From assembly GCA_009392815.1 (NCBI GenBank), contig VFFS01000055.1, forward strand, positions 66-64,065: DNA of 64,000 bases, read 5' to 3'. Under the pieces are notes generated by a model. It did not search any database and was not told where the DNA came from. It saw nothing but the letters and a program-made list of their open reading frames with translations. Source of the DNA: SAR202 cluster bacterium. Its GTDB lineage: Bacteria > Chloroflexota > Dehalococcoidia > Lucifugimonadales > UBA826. Of this stretch, positions 9,563 through 19,837 are shown piece after piece; the first letter of the stretch is position 1; each line of letters opens with the position of its first letter. The position numbers and the translations under genes are program-made.

Positions 9563-10870
9563 TTAAAACTCAAACCTGTAGCTTGGCAGTGATGTCAGAA
9601 AAGCTTCTTCTAAGTAATCTCGTAATTCGGACACTTCAACCTTGTCAATAACCTCTCCGGCAAAGCCATAGATCAGGAGCTTACTAGCAGTCTCTAAGTC
9701 AATCCCCCTGCTTCTCATATAAAAGAGAGTGTCAGCGTCTACGTTACCAGCTGTTGCTCCATGCGCGCATTTAACATCATCAGCATAAATAAACAATGCA
9801 GGTTTACTATCGACTTCTGCATCAGGGGACAAAATCAAATTTTTGTCTGACTGTACCGAATCCGTTTTTTGAGCAATTTTTCTAACAAGGACAGTCCCAC
9901 CAAAAACGGCCCTAGATTTGCCATCCAAAATACCCTTATAGAATAAATTGCTTGTACCATGTGGCTGTGCATGGTCAATGTTAATAAAATTGTCCATATG
10001 CTGATCGCCGCTGGTGAAATATAATCCCTGAAGATCGCAGGAAGCGTACTCCCCATCAATCAAAACATTAAGATCATAGCGACCTATATTCGCTCCCTTG
10101 AAAAAAGAACGGGAGTTAAAAACGCTATTGTCGGACAAATTTACCCTGCCATAACCAACGTCAAACGTGTGCTCTGACTCCGACAGTAGCCTGTAATGAT
10201 TGACTTCGGCATCTTCTCCTACAAATATCTCAGATACAGAGTTTGTTAGGCTATAATCTCCGCCTCCTCCGACGTAGTTTTCTATGACAGATACTGAACT
10301 CCCTCGGTCAGCTTTTACAAAAATACGAGGATGTGACACCACCCCTGGAGTCCCATCTGAATAAAATACCAGGTTTATAGGTGATTTAACCTTTTTCCCT
10401 TCCTCAACTCTCAGTACTATTCCGTCCTGAAGAAAAGAGGTGTTTAAAGCAGCAAACCCATCGTCACTTATATCAATAAGAGAGCCCAGCTCATCAACTG
10501 GAGTATCTTTTTGATCTAATTCTGCCAGAGTAGACATGTCCAACTCATCTGACGAATCAGATAAGTCTTTCCTGAAATGACCGTTAACAAAAACAACATT
10601 AGTCCAATCGGCACTCCAAGGAGATACGGACTTAATTACGTTAATAGGAGTATTACTGGAACCTGCCAGTTTAAAAGGAAGTCTAGCAATAGGAGCTACG
10701 TTAGTGTACTTCCATTTCTCATTTCCTTTCCTGGCAATCGGAAGGCCAATATCTGTAAACGTCTCCATCGCACGACCACGGATTTCTGTAATCCAATTGT
10801 CCTTATTGGAGCCTTGCAGTTTCTGGAAGTCGGATGAGTAATGATCCAGTTCAGCAACGTTACGAACCAT
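9563..10870 (-). CDS. sufD: Fe-S cluster assembly protein SufD
   Basis: EKWKYT, KGILDGKSRAVFGG, AQKTD, KPALFIYADDVKCAHGAT, FYMRSRGI. Confidence 0.95.
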   Translation of the reverse strand: MVRNVAELDHYSSDFQKLQGSNKDNWITEIRGRAMETFTDIGLPIARKGNEKWKYTNVAPIARLPFKLAGSSNTPINVIKSVSPWSADWTNVVFVNGHFRKDLSDSSDELDMSTLAELDQKDTPVDELGSLIDISDDGFAALNTSFLQDGIVLRVEEGKKVKSPINLVFYSDGTPGVVSHPRIFVKADRGSSVSVIENYVGGGGDYSLTNSVSEIFVGEDAEVNHYRLLSESEHTFDVGYGRVNLSDNSVFNSRSFFKGANIGRYDLNVLIDGEYASCDLQGLYFTSGDQHMDNFINIDHAQPHGTSNLFYKGILDGKSRAVFGGTVLVRKIAQKTDSVQSDKNLILSPDAEVDSKPALFIYADDVKCAHGATAGNVDADTLFYMRSRGIDLETASKLLIYGFAGEVIDKVEVSELRDYLEEAFLTSLPSYRFEF

Positions 10871-10876
10871 TAAAAA

Positions 10877-11650
10877 CTAAACCTTTGTCCCTGAAGATTC
10901 TCTAATCCATTCATACCCTTTTTGCTCAAGTTCTAGCGCAAGCTCTGCATCTCCAGATTTAACTATCCTCCCATCAACCAAAACATGAACAAAGTCCGGA
11001 GATATATAATCTAGAATCCGCTGGTAATGTGTAACAAGTAGAACAGACTTTTGTGGGCCTCTAAAGTTATTAACTCCTTCTGACACAATCCTCAAAGCAT
11101 CTATATCAAGACCTGAATCTGTTTCATCCAGCAAAGCTAATTTAGGGTCTAATAAAGCCAATTGGAGAATCTCGTTCCTTTTCTTTTCACCACCAGAAAA
11201 GCCTTCGTTTACTGATCTCTTGACAAGGTCTGGATCCATCTCTACCAGCTGCCGCTTTTCCTCCAAGAGTTTATCGAAATCCCGAACACCCATCTCCTCT
11301 TCACCATTTTCTTTTCGTATAGCATCTACAGCTGACTTCAGAAACTGCCACGTACGTACACCTGGAAGTTCCACTGGATATTGAAAAGCTAGAAATATTC
11401 CTGACCTTGCCCTAATTTCAGGCTCGGTTGAAAGGATATTAACTCCTTCATAGATTATCTCCCCATCCGTTACCGTATATCCAGGCCTACCCGCAATAAC
11501 ATTAGCTAAAGTGCTCTTACCTGAGCCATTAGGGCCCATAATTGCATGTACCTCACCCACACCAATTTCTAGGTCAATCCCGTTGAGAATTTCAGTATCT
11601 TCAACGGAGGCGTGCAAATTTTTTATTTCAAGAAGATTATTTTTGCTCAT
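10877..11650 (-). CDS. sufC: Fe-S cluster assembly ATPase SufC
   Basis: GPNGSGKST, FLAFQYP, NEGFSGGEKKRNEILQ, LDETDSGLDIDAL, THYQRIL. Confidence 0.97.
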   Translation of the reverse strand: MSKNNLLEIKNLHASVEDTEILNGIDLEIGVGEVHAIMGPNGSGKSTLANVIAGRPGYTVTDGEIIYEGVNILSTEPEIRARSGIFLAFQYPVELPGVRTWQFLKSAVDAIRKENGEEEMGVRDFDKLLEEKRQLVEMDPDLVKRSVNEGFSGGEKKRNEILQLALLDPKLALLDETDSGLDIDALRIVSEGVNNFRGPQKSVLLVTHYQRILDYISPDFVHVLVDGRIVKSGDAELALELEQKGYEWIRESSGTKV

Positions 11651-13114
11651 CTATCCAACTGTACCTTCCAAACTAACCCGAAGTAACTGTGATGCTTCCA
11701 TGGCAAATTCAAATGGCAGTTCCTTAAATATGCCGCGGCAAAACCCATTAATAATCATGTAATTTGCTTCTTCCAAGTCAATACCTCTTTGTTGCAAATA
11801 AAACAACTGATCATCATTGACTTTAGAGGTGGTTGCCTCATGACCCATTTGAGCGGAAGGATTACGAACTTCTATATACGGAACGGTATGGGCTCCACAT
11901 TCATCTCCAATTAACAGGGAATCACATTGAGTGAAATTTCTAGCATTGTCTGCATTAGGCAGAATTGACACTTGACCTCTATAAGTATTCTCAGCCTTGC
12001 CAGCCGAGATACCCTTGGCAATAATCGTGCTTCGGGTATTTTTTCCGATATGAATCATCTTCGTACCCGTGTCAGCCTGTTGGTGATTATTAACAAGCGC
12101 AACGGAATAAAACTCTCCAACAGAGTTGTCCCCCTGAAGAATCACACTAGGATACTTCCAAGTAATGGCTGAACCAGTTTCTACTTGAGTCCAAGATATC
12201 TTGGAATTTTCTCCTCTGGCAGCACCACGCTTCGTCACAAAGTTAAATACCCCACCATTACCGTCCTTATCGCCAGGATACCAATTCTGTAACGTGGAAT
12301 ATTTAATTTCCGCATCTTTAAGAGCTACTAACTCAACCACCGCAGCATGAAGTTGGTGAGTCTTCCTCATCGGAGCCGTACAACCTTCTAAGTAGCTTAC
12401 GTAACTACCCTCATCGGCAATTATCAAAGTACGTTCAAATTGACCGCTATCGACCTCATTGATCCTGAAATAAGTCATCAATTCTATGGGGCAACGTACC
12501 CCCGGGGGAACGTAACAAAAGGAACCATCACTGAACACAGCAGAGTTCAAGGTGGCATAGAAATTGTCACTGTAGGGTACTACCGAGCCAAGATATTTCT
12601 GCACCAACTCAGGATATTTTTGAACTGCCTCACTAATGGGGCAGAAAATGACTCCAGCCTCCTCCAGCATATCTTGATAAGTAGTGGCAACTGAAACACT
12701 GTCAAGAACAGCATCAACAGCGACCCCTGTGAGTTTTTTCTGCTCCTCCAATGGAATGCCTAATTTGTCAAAAGCCTCTATAAGCTCTGGATCAACCTCA
12801 TCCAGACTTTCAGGAGCATCATCTTTCGACTTAGGAGCTGAATAATAGATAATGTCTTGGAAATCTATTTCTTCAAATTTAACCTTGGCCCATTTGGGTG
12901 ATGCATCCTCTCCCTGCTTCTTCCAATGGGAAAAGGCTTTAAGTCTCCACTCAAGCATCCAATCAGGTTCATTTTTTTTTGCAGAAATAAACCGAACTAT
13001 ATCTTCATTAAGTCCTCTAGGGGCATTGTCGGATTCAATGTCGAACTCAAAACCCCACTTATATTGTTTTTCCTCGACGCCTGTCTGGCGGGAAATGACC
13101 TTTTGTTCGGTCAT
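11651..13114 (-). CDS. sufB: Fe-S cluster assembly protein SufB
   Basis: [49 protein letters not shown]. Confidence 0.97.
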   Translation of the reverse strand: MTEQKVISRQTGVEEKQYKWGFEFDIESDNAPRGLNEDIVRFISAKKNEPDWMLEWRLKAFSHWKKQGEDASPKWAKVKFEEIDFQDIIYYSAPKSKDDAPESLDEVDPELIEAFDKLGIPLEEQKKLTGVAVDAVLDSVSVATTYQDMLEEAGVIFCPISEAVQKYPELVQKYLGSVVPYSDNFYATLNSAVFSDGSFCYVPPGVRCPIELMTYFRINEVDSGQFERTLIIADEGSYVSYLEGCTAPMRKTHQLHAAVVELVALKDAEIKYSTLQNWYPGDKDGNGGVFNFVTKRGAARGENSKISWTQVETGSAITWKYPSVILQGDNSVGEFYSVALVNNHQQADTGTKMIHIGKNTRSTIIAKGISAGKAENTYRGQVSILPNADNARNFTQCDSLLIGDECGAHTVPYIEVRNPSAQMGHEATTSKVNDDQLFYLQQRGIDLEEANYMIINGFCRGIFKELPFEFAMEASQLLRVSLEGTVG

Positions 13115-13241
13115 AGGGCGTTATTCTCCTTCTTCTATCAAAATATCCAACAATTCGAGCAATCAATCGATTTGAAACAACAGTCTGGACTGCTATAACC
13201 GCAATATTAAAACGCCATACACAAATCGATAAGGTTCAATA

Positions 13242-13266
13242 GTTCTTGAGTTAATCGGTCAACAAT
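13242..13266 (-). promoter_or_regulatory. IscR type-1-like Rrf2 operator upstream of sufB
   Basis: Minus strand ATTGTTGACCGATTAACTCAAGAAC, resembling the IscR type-1 site pattern (ATA..TGAC-N7-TC...AT); lies just downstream of the predicted promoter. Confidence 0.6.
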
Positions 13267-13275
13267 AACAGGTAA

Positions 13276-13305
13276 AATATATCATCCTAGCGTAGATAAG
13301 GTCAA
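13276..13305 (-). promoter_or_regulatory. Sigma70-type promoter for suf operon
   Basis: TTGACC-N18-TATATT with extended -10 TG. Confidence 0.55.
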
Positions 13306-13320
13306 AAATATGAGCCTAAT

Positions 13321-13803
13321 TTAGGTCTGACCTAAAACCTGAACAACAACTTCTCGATAACCTATTTGTTGAGCTTTCTCTCCGTCGAGTTCCACCATGA
13401 ATACCCTTTGCCACTCACCAAGCGCCATTTTACCGTCAATAACTGGTACAGATTCACTAGAACCGAGTGTCAGGTGTTGGCAGTGGGAGTGTCCGTTGGG
13501 ACATTCATTATCGTGCATGTGCACAGTCCGAACATCGAAGTCATTATGACTATATTTGGCATCAGAAGAAGCTATGCTATCCAACAGATTTCTAAAATCA
13601 TCTAAAAGAAGTGGTTCATCTTCCTGTATTACTATGGCCGCCGTCGTATGCTTTGAAAAAACAACAACAATTCCATTTAGAACGCCTGAAGACTCTATAA
13701 ACTCCTCAACTTCATCCGTTATGTCAATAAATTCGGGTGAAGTCTCCGATCTCACTTTTAATGTAATCGTAGAAGTCCTCATGACTGCGTCAAAAACGTT
13801 CAT
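13321..13803 (-). CDS. yjbQ: YjbQ/UPF0047 family protein (secondary thiamine-phosphate synthase-like)
   Basis: DITDEV, HTTAAIVIQE, YSHN, NGHSH, LGEWQRVFMVELDG. Confidence 0.9.
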   Translation of the reverse strand: MNVFDAVMRTSTITLKVRSETSPEFIDITDEVEEFIESSGVLNGIVVVFSKHTTAAIVIQEDEPLLLDDFRNLLDSIASSDAKYSHNDFDVRTVHMHDNECPNGHSHCQHLTLGSSESVPVIDGKMALGEWQRVFMVELDGEKAQQIGYREVVVQVLGQT

Positions 13804-13877
13804 AACCTATCTCTAATTATGTCCCTATATAAATTAATGCAAGAAGAATAATCTTCGCTTCGGATTATCACTATTTT

Positions 13878-13896
13878 AGCTGTCAAATTGACAGCT
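13878..13896. promoter_or_regulatory. Perfect 9-1-9 palindrome upstream of yjbQ, candidate operator
   Basis: agctgtcaa-a-ttgacagct. Confidence 0.5.
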
Positions 13897-13973
13897 TAGT
13901 ACCATTCTAACCCTTTTTGGGCAACGGTTCACACTTTTTTATCACATAGTCTTTTTCTACATCAAAACGAACA

Positions 13974-14726
13974 TTATTCATGAAGCGAGAGCGCATTTAT
14001 CCTGGTTAAGACCTGATCCATCCTAGTGGATGCGGTTCTCACTCCGAGACGAAATTTGATGTAATCAAATATACCTACTGGAGTTATAACCCTTTTCGAT
14101 TTAGCACTTCGGGTACTAGAGCCTGCTCGATATCTGGACAGCGAAAAATTACTGGACTCTTGTGACGTTATCCCTCTGATTATTGCGAACGGTATAGACA
14201 TTTCTGAACAAGCTAATGCGATATAAGAAGCGTCCTGATCCATTGCGTCGACCCCTAATCTTCTACCCAACCATGCTCTCATATTGGAGTTTGTTGCTAT
14301 ATGTGGTGCAGTTACCATAGATCCTGTAAACAATTTTCTTTCGCTCTCATCAATGTGCCTGAAAAGCATTTCCATAGGCTCCAATTTGGCAATCTTAAGT
14401 TCACCCACCGAACTAGGAGACCACAAAGCCATATCTCCCTCAAGCTTCCTAAGACGTTCACACAACATGACACTCCCTATTCTGACTGTCTTAACTAAAG
14501 CGGCTGCCGTGCCTACAGAGGCAATAAATGTGACTTCCGACATACCCCCTAGCATCCTGGCACCGCCATATGCCCTCTGTCCGGCAGCACCTGTCATAAC
14601 GACAAGTTCAGTCAACTCAGTGGATTTGTAAGTTATATATCTATCTTTAGAACTTGAAACACTGAAGTGATGTTTTTTTAGAAATCTTCGCACCATTTTT
14701 GTGTCTGAAGTTAATATCCCTTTCAT
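13974..14726 (-). CDS. Nucleoside phosphorylase/MTA nucleosidase-fold protein (degenerate; HpnG-like?)
   Basis: VMTGAAG, IASVGTAAAL...IGSV, TGSMVT, DAMDQDA..IA..C...IPFAIIRGIT follow the PNP_UDP fold layout. Confidence 0.6.
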   Translation of the reverse strand: MKGILTSDTKMVRRFLKKHHFSVSSSKDRYITYKSTELTELVVMTGAAGQRAYGGARMLGGMSEVTFIASVGTAAALVKTVRIGSVMLCERLRKLEGDMALWSPSSVGELKIAKLEPMEMLFRHIDESERKLFTGSMVTAPHIATNSNMRAWLGRRLGVDAMDQDASYIALACSEMSIPFAIIRGITSQESSNFSLSRYRAGSSTRSAKSKRVITPVGIFDYIKFRLGVRTASTRMDQVLTRINALSLHE

Positions 14727-14756
14727 ATCCGTGTTCCACTTTACTGAATGGGGGAC

Positions 14757-15806
14757 CTAGTACTGCCTTACCGCTAAAAATCGAGCGAGTACTCCAAAAT
14801 CTAATTGGTGGCTATCAGATAGCCTTGTCTGGGAAAATAGTTTCAATGCCTTCCCCTCATACTCATATGCTAGTTTCTGGGCGTAATCTCTAGTGCCGGC
14901 CTGCTCCATAATCTCCAAAACTGCCGCAACCTCTTGCTCTCCTGGATGTTCTAGGGAATAAATCTCCCGCAACAATTCTTTACCTTTTTTATCGGCTTTA
15001 TCCATAGCGTGAACGATGGGAAGAGAATTCTTTTTCCTCAAAATATCTATCCCTACTGGTTTGCCAGTTGACTTTTCCTCACCCCATATGCCGAGAATGT
15101 CATCCCTTATCTGGAAAACAAACCCCAAGGAAGTTCCTGTCTTTCGAAAAGTTTCTAGTGTCGCCAAATTTTCAGTACCCATTGCAGCACCTAATTGAAG
15201 AGAACAGCGAATTAATGCACCAGTCTTTCTCGATATCATAGCCATGTACTGATCCAAAGTTATATCGATTCTCCCCTCAAAAGATATGTCCATATATTGA
15301 CCTTCAATCATCTCGAGACAGGCTTCCGTCAAAAGTTCTACTCCTTTCACTACCCGTTCTGCATCCTTACCTTCATCAATTTTCATCATCTCCATAGAAC
15401 GATCCGCAACTATTCTCAAAACGTTTCCAGCCACTAGGGCTTTATTTATTCCCCACAATGTCCAGAGAGTTGGTCTGTGATGTCTGGTCTCATCAAAATC
15501 TTCAATTTCATCATGAATCAACGAAAAATTGTGTATCAGCTCTAGGGATGCAGCAGCCGGTAAGGCATGCCTAATTTGCCCTCCCACCGCTTCGCAGGCA
15601 AACAAGCACAGGGATGGTCGTAGTGACTTCCCCATCGCCCCGTCAACAGGATTCCCATCTTTATCAGACCATCCCATGCAGTACCTAAGCATGTCATAAA
15701 CAGGTAAAAAATCCTGACTTAATCTCTTCTTAAGGGTAGTTACAATGATGTCTCGGTATCTAACTAGCATCTCAGGGGCAGGTATAGATTTTTCTTTATG
15801 TTGCAA
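14757..15806 (-). CDS. Polyprenyl diphosphate synthase (GGPP synthase-like)
   Basis: GKSLRP, ELIHNFSLIHDEIED...RHHRPT, EGQYMD, KTGALI, FQIRDDILG, GKPVG.D...KK. Confidence 0.93.
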   Translation of the reverse strand: MQHKEKSIPAPEMLVRYRDIIVTTLKKRLSQDFLPVYDMLRYCMGWSDKDGNPVDGAMGKSLRPSLCLFACEAVGGQIRHALPAAASLELIHNFSLIHDEIEDFDETRHHRPTLWTLWGINKALVAGNVLRIVADRSMEMMKIDEGKDAERVVKGVELLTEACLEMIEGQYMDISFEGRIDITLDQYMAMISRKTGALIRCSLQLGAAMGTENLATLETFRKTGTSLGFVFQIRDDILGIWGEEKSTGKPVGIDILRKKNSLPIVHAMDKADKKGKELLREIYSLEHPGEQEVAAVLEIMEQAGTRDYAQKLAYEYEGKALKLFSQTRLSDSHQLDFGVLARFLAVRQY

Positions 15807-16036
15807 TGTTCGAGAAGACCCACACGGTATAATTATTATGGACTGGTATACCTGATTTTCTAAAGGATACTAGATAGGACCTAACTAGTCACAACATCTA
15901 ACTTAACTAGTGGAGCATTTTTACTTGCTAGCCGATCGGACCCTGTGCTATATTTTCGACTCATAACTGCCCATCGTTTGGGGATTGGGTAAGGAACATT
16001 TTAGCCTCCAACTATATGCAATAAACTGCAGGGAAT

Positions 16037-16432
16037 ATGCTCGACGAATACTTCAGACAGTACGGCGTAATCGCGATATTTGCAGCGTTAGCAGTTGCTG
16101 TACCAGCAGGGATGCTAATAATATCGTGGCTTTTATCAGTATTGAAGATAAGGCCTAACAACCCATCCACAGTAAAAAACAGTATCTATGAGTGCGGTTT
16201 TGAAACAATCACCGAAAGATGGAGTAATTTCAATTTTCGGTACTATAGCATCGCTCTTCTTTTCGTAATTTTTGATGTTGAGGTCGTATTTTTATTCCCT
16301 TGGGCTGCTAGTTTTGGGACCATGTCGGTACAATTCGGAGCATACGTTTTCATCGAAATGGCGATTTTCATCGGGATACTAATATTGGGCTGGCTTTATG
16401 CATGGAAAAAGGGGTCATTAGAGTGGAGTTGA
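16037..16432 (+). CDS. nuoA: NADH-quinone oxidoreductase-like subunit A
   Basis: [34 protein letters not shown]. Confidence 0.96.
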   Translation: MLDEYFRQYGVIAIFAALAVAVPAGMLIISWLLSVLKIRPNNPSTVKNSIYECGFETITERWSNFNFRYYSIALLFVIFDVEVVFLFPWAASFGTMSVQFGAYVFIEMAIFIGILILGWLYAWKKGSLEWS

Positions 16433-17055
16433 ACACTTCTGAAACGATAGAAGAATCCTCGGGACTTATACCGCTACACGACACGACTTGGGGGTTGGAT
16501 CAGCAAGAGGGCGAATACGTTAATCATCTCAAGTCAACCCATCTGGAGGCACTCACAGAACCTATCATAGAGGTGCCAGATGATCTGCAGAGAAACATTG
16601 CCGTTACATCGGTAGATGCCATCATAGGATGGGGAAGAAAGTCGGCAGTATGGCCCCTTACATTTGGATTAGCCTGCTGCGCGTTTGAGATGATTGCCAG
16701 TGCAATGTCTAGATTTGATCTCTCACGCTTCGGCATGGAAGTGTTTAGACCATCACCAAGACAGGCAGATTTAATGATAATTGCAGGAACGGTCACCTGG
16801 AAAATGGCTCCTGCCATCGAAAGGGTTTACGAACAGATGGCTGAACCAAGATGGGTAATTTCGATGGGAGTATGTGCCACAAGTGGTGGGCCATATTACG
16901 GGTCTTATAGCGTTGTACCAGGGGTTAACCACATCATTCCTGTTGACGTTTATGTTCCTGGCTGTCCTCCAAGACCAGATGCACTACTCTACGGAATCAT
17001 GCAGCTTCATGAAAAGATAAAAAGATATTCCGTAAAGACGCAGAATAGATCTTGA
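16423..17055 (+). CDS. nuoB: NADH-quinone oxidoreductase-like subunit B
   Basis: [37 protein letters not shown]; start probably GTG 16423 or TTG 16429. Confidence 0.96.
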   Translation: MELNTSETIEESSGLIPLHDTTWGLDQQEGEYVNHLKSTHLEALTEPIIEVPDDLQRNIAVTSVDAIIGWGRKSAVWPLTFGLACCAFEMIASAMSRFDLSRFGMEVFRPSPRQADLMIIAGTVTWKMAPAIERVYEQMAEPRWVISMGVCATSGGPYYGSYSVVPGVNHIIPVDVYVPGCPPRPDALLYGIMQLHEKIKRYSVKTQNRS

Positions 17056-17507
17056 CCAAGATTATAAGTGGAAGTGAATTAGCTTCTTCTCTGGAAAAGA
17101 GTCTACCTGGCTCTGTTACTGACAGTAATGAGGTGGACGTCTGGGTATCACCCGATTCACTGTTTGAAGTATGCGAAGCACTAAAAAATCCCAAAGGGTT
17201 AGATTTCTCATACCTTACTTCAATATCCGCCGTAGATTACATTGATAGTTTTGAGCTCGTATATCACGTGCTTTCAATGAGAAACAATTACAGTGGTGTC
17301 ATAAAATGTCGATGTAGTAGTGACGGAAATGGTAGAGGTGAACCTACTGTTCCATCAGTCACCGGAATCTGGAAAGGCGCGGATCTTCAAGAAAGAGAGA
17401 TATGGGACCTCATGGGAATAAAATTCGACGGGCATCCTAATCTTAAAAGAATCCTCCTTTGGGAAGGTTTCGATGGGCATCCCCTGAGAAAAGACTACCT
17501 AGGATAA
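17052..17507 (+). CDS. nuoC: NADH-quinone oxidoreductase-like subunit C
   Basis: [21 protein letters not shown]...GHPLRKDY. Confidence 0.95.
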   Translation: MTKIISGSELASSLEKSLPGSVTDSNEVDVWVSPDSLFEVCEALKNPKGLDFSYLTSISAVDYIDSFELVYHVLSMRNNYSGVIKCRCSSDGNGRGEPTVPSVTGIWKGADLQEREIWDLMGIKFDGHPNLKRILLWEGFDGHPLRKDYLG

Positions 17508-17511
17508 CCAA

Positions 17512-18618
17512 TTGACAGGAATTAGAACGGAACCGATCACTATCAATCTAGGGCCTCAGCACCCCAGCACACATGGCGTTTTTAGGTTGCGAGTCACCTT
17601 TGATGGTGAGGAGATCATCGACGCCGAACCAGTTTTTGGATACCTGCATAGGGGAACAGAAAAACTGGCTGAGACCAGGAATTATGTCCAGATAGTGACT
17701 CTCACTGACAGAATGGATTATCTAGCCAGTATGTCAAACAATCTAGCATATGTAAGAACTGTGGAAAAGCTTGCCAATATTGAGGTCCCTGAAAGAGCAC
17801 AATACATAAGAGTTATCAGTGCCGAACTGCAAAGAATCGCTAGCCATCTTATGGCAACTGGGTTTCTGCTAAACGACCTAGGGGCTCTTGCCACTCCACT
17901 TGTTTATTGTTTCAGGGAGCGGGAAAGAATCCTTGATCTTTTCGAAATGTTATGCGGAGCAAGGATAACCCTAAGCTACATGAGACCTGGGGGCGTTTTT
18001 CAAGATGCCCCAGAGGATTTTTGGCCATCTCTGGAGTCCTTAGTAGGGGATTTGCCACATTATCTGGACGAGCTAGAATCCTTGATAACTTCCAATGAAA
18101 TTGTCTTAGCAAGAACAAAAAACGTTGGCTTGCTAACGGATGAACAAGCAATCGACAACTCGATTTCAGGTCCGAACCTTAGAGCCTCAGGAGTGAAATG
18201 GGATTTGCGCAAAGCGGACCCGTATGAAATCTACGATCGAGTGAAATTCGATGTCCCCATAGGTGCGATCGGGGATACTTTCGACAGGTATCTAGTCCGG
18301 ATTTTAGAGATGAGAGAGAGCGTTAAAATTATTGAACAATGCTTAGAGCAGATAGCCCCAGGCCCTATAAGAGCAAATACACCTTTTTTCATCAGGCCTC
18401 CTGCAGGAGAAGCTTATTCTGCTGTGGAAGGGCCCAAAGGAGAGCTGGGATTCTATATGGTGAGTGACGGTGGAGTAGCCCCTTATAGGTGCAAAGTAAG
18501 AGCGCCATCCTTCATCAACATCACACCTCTCAGGGATATGTTGAAGGGCTGGAAAATGGGTGACCTAATTATCATATTTGGATCCATTGATATCGTTTTA
18601 GGAGAGGTGGATCGCTGA
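17512..18618 (+). CDS. nuoD: NADH-quinone oxidoreductase-like subunit D
   Basis: NLGPQHPSTHGVFR, GYLHRGTEK, DRMDY, EGPKGE, SIDIVLGEVDR; no NiFe CxxC ligands. Confidence 0.96.
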   Translation: MTGIRTEPITINLGPQHPSTHGVFRLRVTFDGEEIIDAEPVFGYLHRGTEKLAETRNYVQIVTLTDRMDYLASMSNNLAYVRTVEKLANIEVPERAQYIRVISAELQRIASHLMATGFLLNDLGALATPLVYCFRERERILDLFEMLCGARITLSYMRPGGVFQDAPEDFWPSLESLVGDLPHYLDELESLITSNEIVLARTKNVGLLTDEQAIDNSISGPNLRASGVKWDLRKADPYEIYDRVKFDVPIGAIGDTFDRYLVRILEMRESVKIIEQCLEQIAPGPIRANTPFFIRPPAGEAYSAVEGPKGELGFYMVSDGGVAPYRCKVRAPSFINITPLRDMLKGWKMGDLIIIFGSIDIVLGEVDR

Positions 18619-19835
18619 TGAACTATCTCCCTGGATTCATAGACTTTTATACCTTGTACGACTTTTGTCTGACGCTTTTTCAGAATTTCGGTTTTGGTGA
18701 TAATGCGGAATGGCTATCATATTTGACTGCAGGGGTAATCATTTCGTTCATAGTAATCAACCTGATGATACTCTCAACGGCATTTTACACATGGTTCGAA
18801 AGACGAGTCTTAGGGCGCTTTCAAGTAAGACGAGGCCCTAACAGGAACGGACCTTTTGGCATTTTCCAACCATTCGCTGATGTTGTAAAGCTCATAATGA
18901 AAGAAGATACCATCCCTACAGAAGCCGACAGACCCGTCTTCACATTGGCTCCCATAGCATTGGTCGCCCCTACCTTATTGATCATGACAGTGATACCAAT
19001 GGGGGAAAGCTCCTTCTTAGGAAGTTTAAATATTGGAATACTTTTCATTGTGGGTGTCACATCGGTCAACTCCATAGCCATTTTCATGGCTGGATGGGGC
19101 TCAAGAAATAAATATGCGATTTTGGGATCAATGCGTGGCGCAGCTATGCTAATCAGTTATGAGATTCCAATGGCACTTGGAATAACGAGTGTACTACTTA
19201 TGTCAGGTTCATTGGCTATGACAAGCATAGTGAGCAGCCAAGATATTTGGTTCATCGTCGTGATGCCATTAGGGTTTTTTGTATTTATGGCAGCTGCGAC
19301 CGCCGAAATCAGTAGAACGCCTTTCGACCAGATAGAGGCCGAATCAGAGCTTGGATCCGGATACAATACGGAATTCAGTGGGATAAAATTTGCCATATTG
19401 TTCCTAGCAGAATTTATGGCCCCTATTGTCACCGCCGCCGTCGTAGCAACTTTATTTCTAGGCGGTACAAAAGGATTCGATCCAATCCCTGGTCAAATCT
19501 GGTTTGTATTAAAGATGTTTGTGGTAATTTTCGTATTGCTGTGGTTTAGAGCAACGTGGCCAAGGCTACGCGTAGATCAAATAATGGGATTCGCATGGAA
19601 AGGTTTGTTCGGATTAGGCATATTGAACATATTCATTGTTGCCATTGAAATTATGATATTCAGAACAGAAGAAGGAACAGTAGGCACTTCCAATATGTTG
19701 ATAATGTCTGCCATAAACTGGGTAATAGCAGTTGTGACACTACTAACGCTCATGCGCATTTATGGTCAAAAGAAATTGGAGAGGCCAATCCCTGTTCCAT
19801 CTCCTCTTGCAAACATGGGCGTGGAGGCTGACTAG
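18618..19835 (+). CDS. nuoH: NADH-quinone oxidoreductase-like subunit H
   Basis: ERRVLGRFQ.R.GPN, QPFAD..KL..KE, ISYE, R.PFD..EAESEL..GY.TE, PRLRVDQ. Confidence 0.96.
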   Translation: MNYLPGFIDFYTLYDFCLTLFQNFGFGDNAEWLSYLTAGVIISFIVINLMILSTAFYTWFERRVLGRFQVRRGPNRNGPFGIFQPFADVVKLIMKEDTIPTEADRPVFTLAPIALVAPTLLIMTVIPMGESSFLGSLNIGILFIVGVTSVNSIAIFMAGWGSRNKYAILGSMRGAAMLISYEIPMALGITSVLLMSGSLAMTSIVSSQDIWFIVVMPLGFFVFMAAATAEISRTPFDQIEAESELGSGYNTEFSGIKFAILFLAEFMAPIVTAAVVATLFLGGTKGFDPIPGQIWFVLKMFVVIFVLLWFRATWPRLRVDQIMGFAWKGLFGLGILNIFIVAIEIMIFRTEEGTVGTSNMLIMSAINWVIAVVTLLTLMRIYGQKKLERPIPVPSPLANMGVEAD

Positions 19836-19837
19836 TT

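Noticed and set aside
11651-13114. Intein in SufB
   Set aside because: Normal length (487 aa) with contiguous motifs
17512-18618. NuoD as a group 4 NiFe hydrogenase large subunit
   Set aside because: Both CxxC metal-binding motifs are absent, and quinone-site His/Tyr motifs are present
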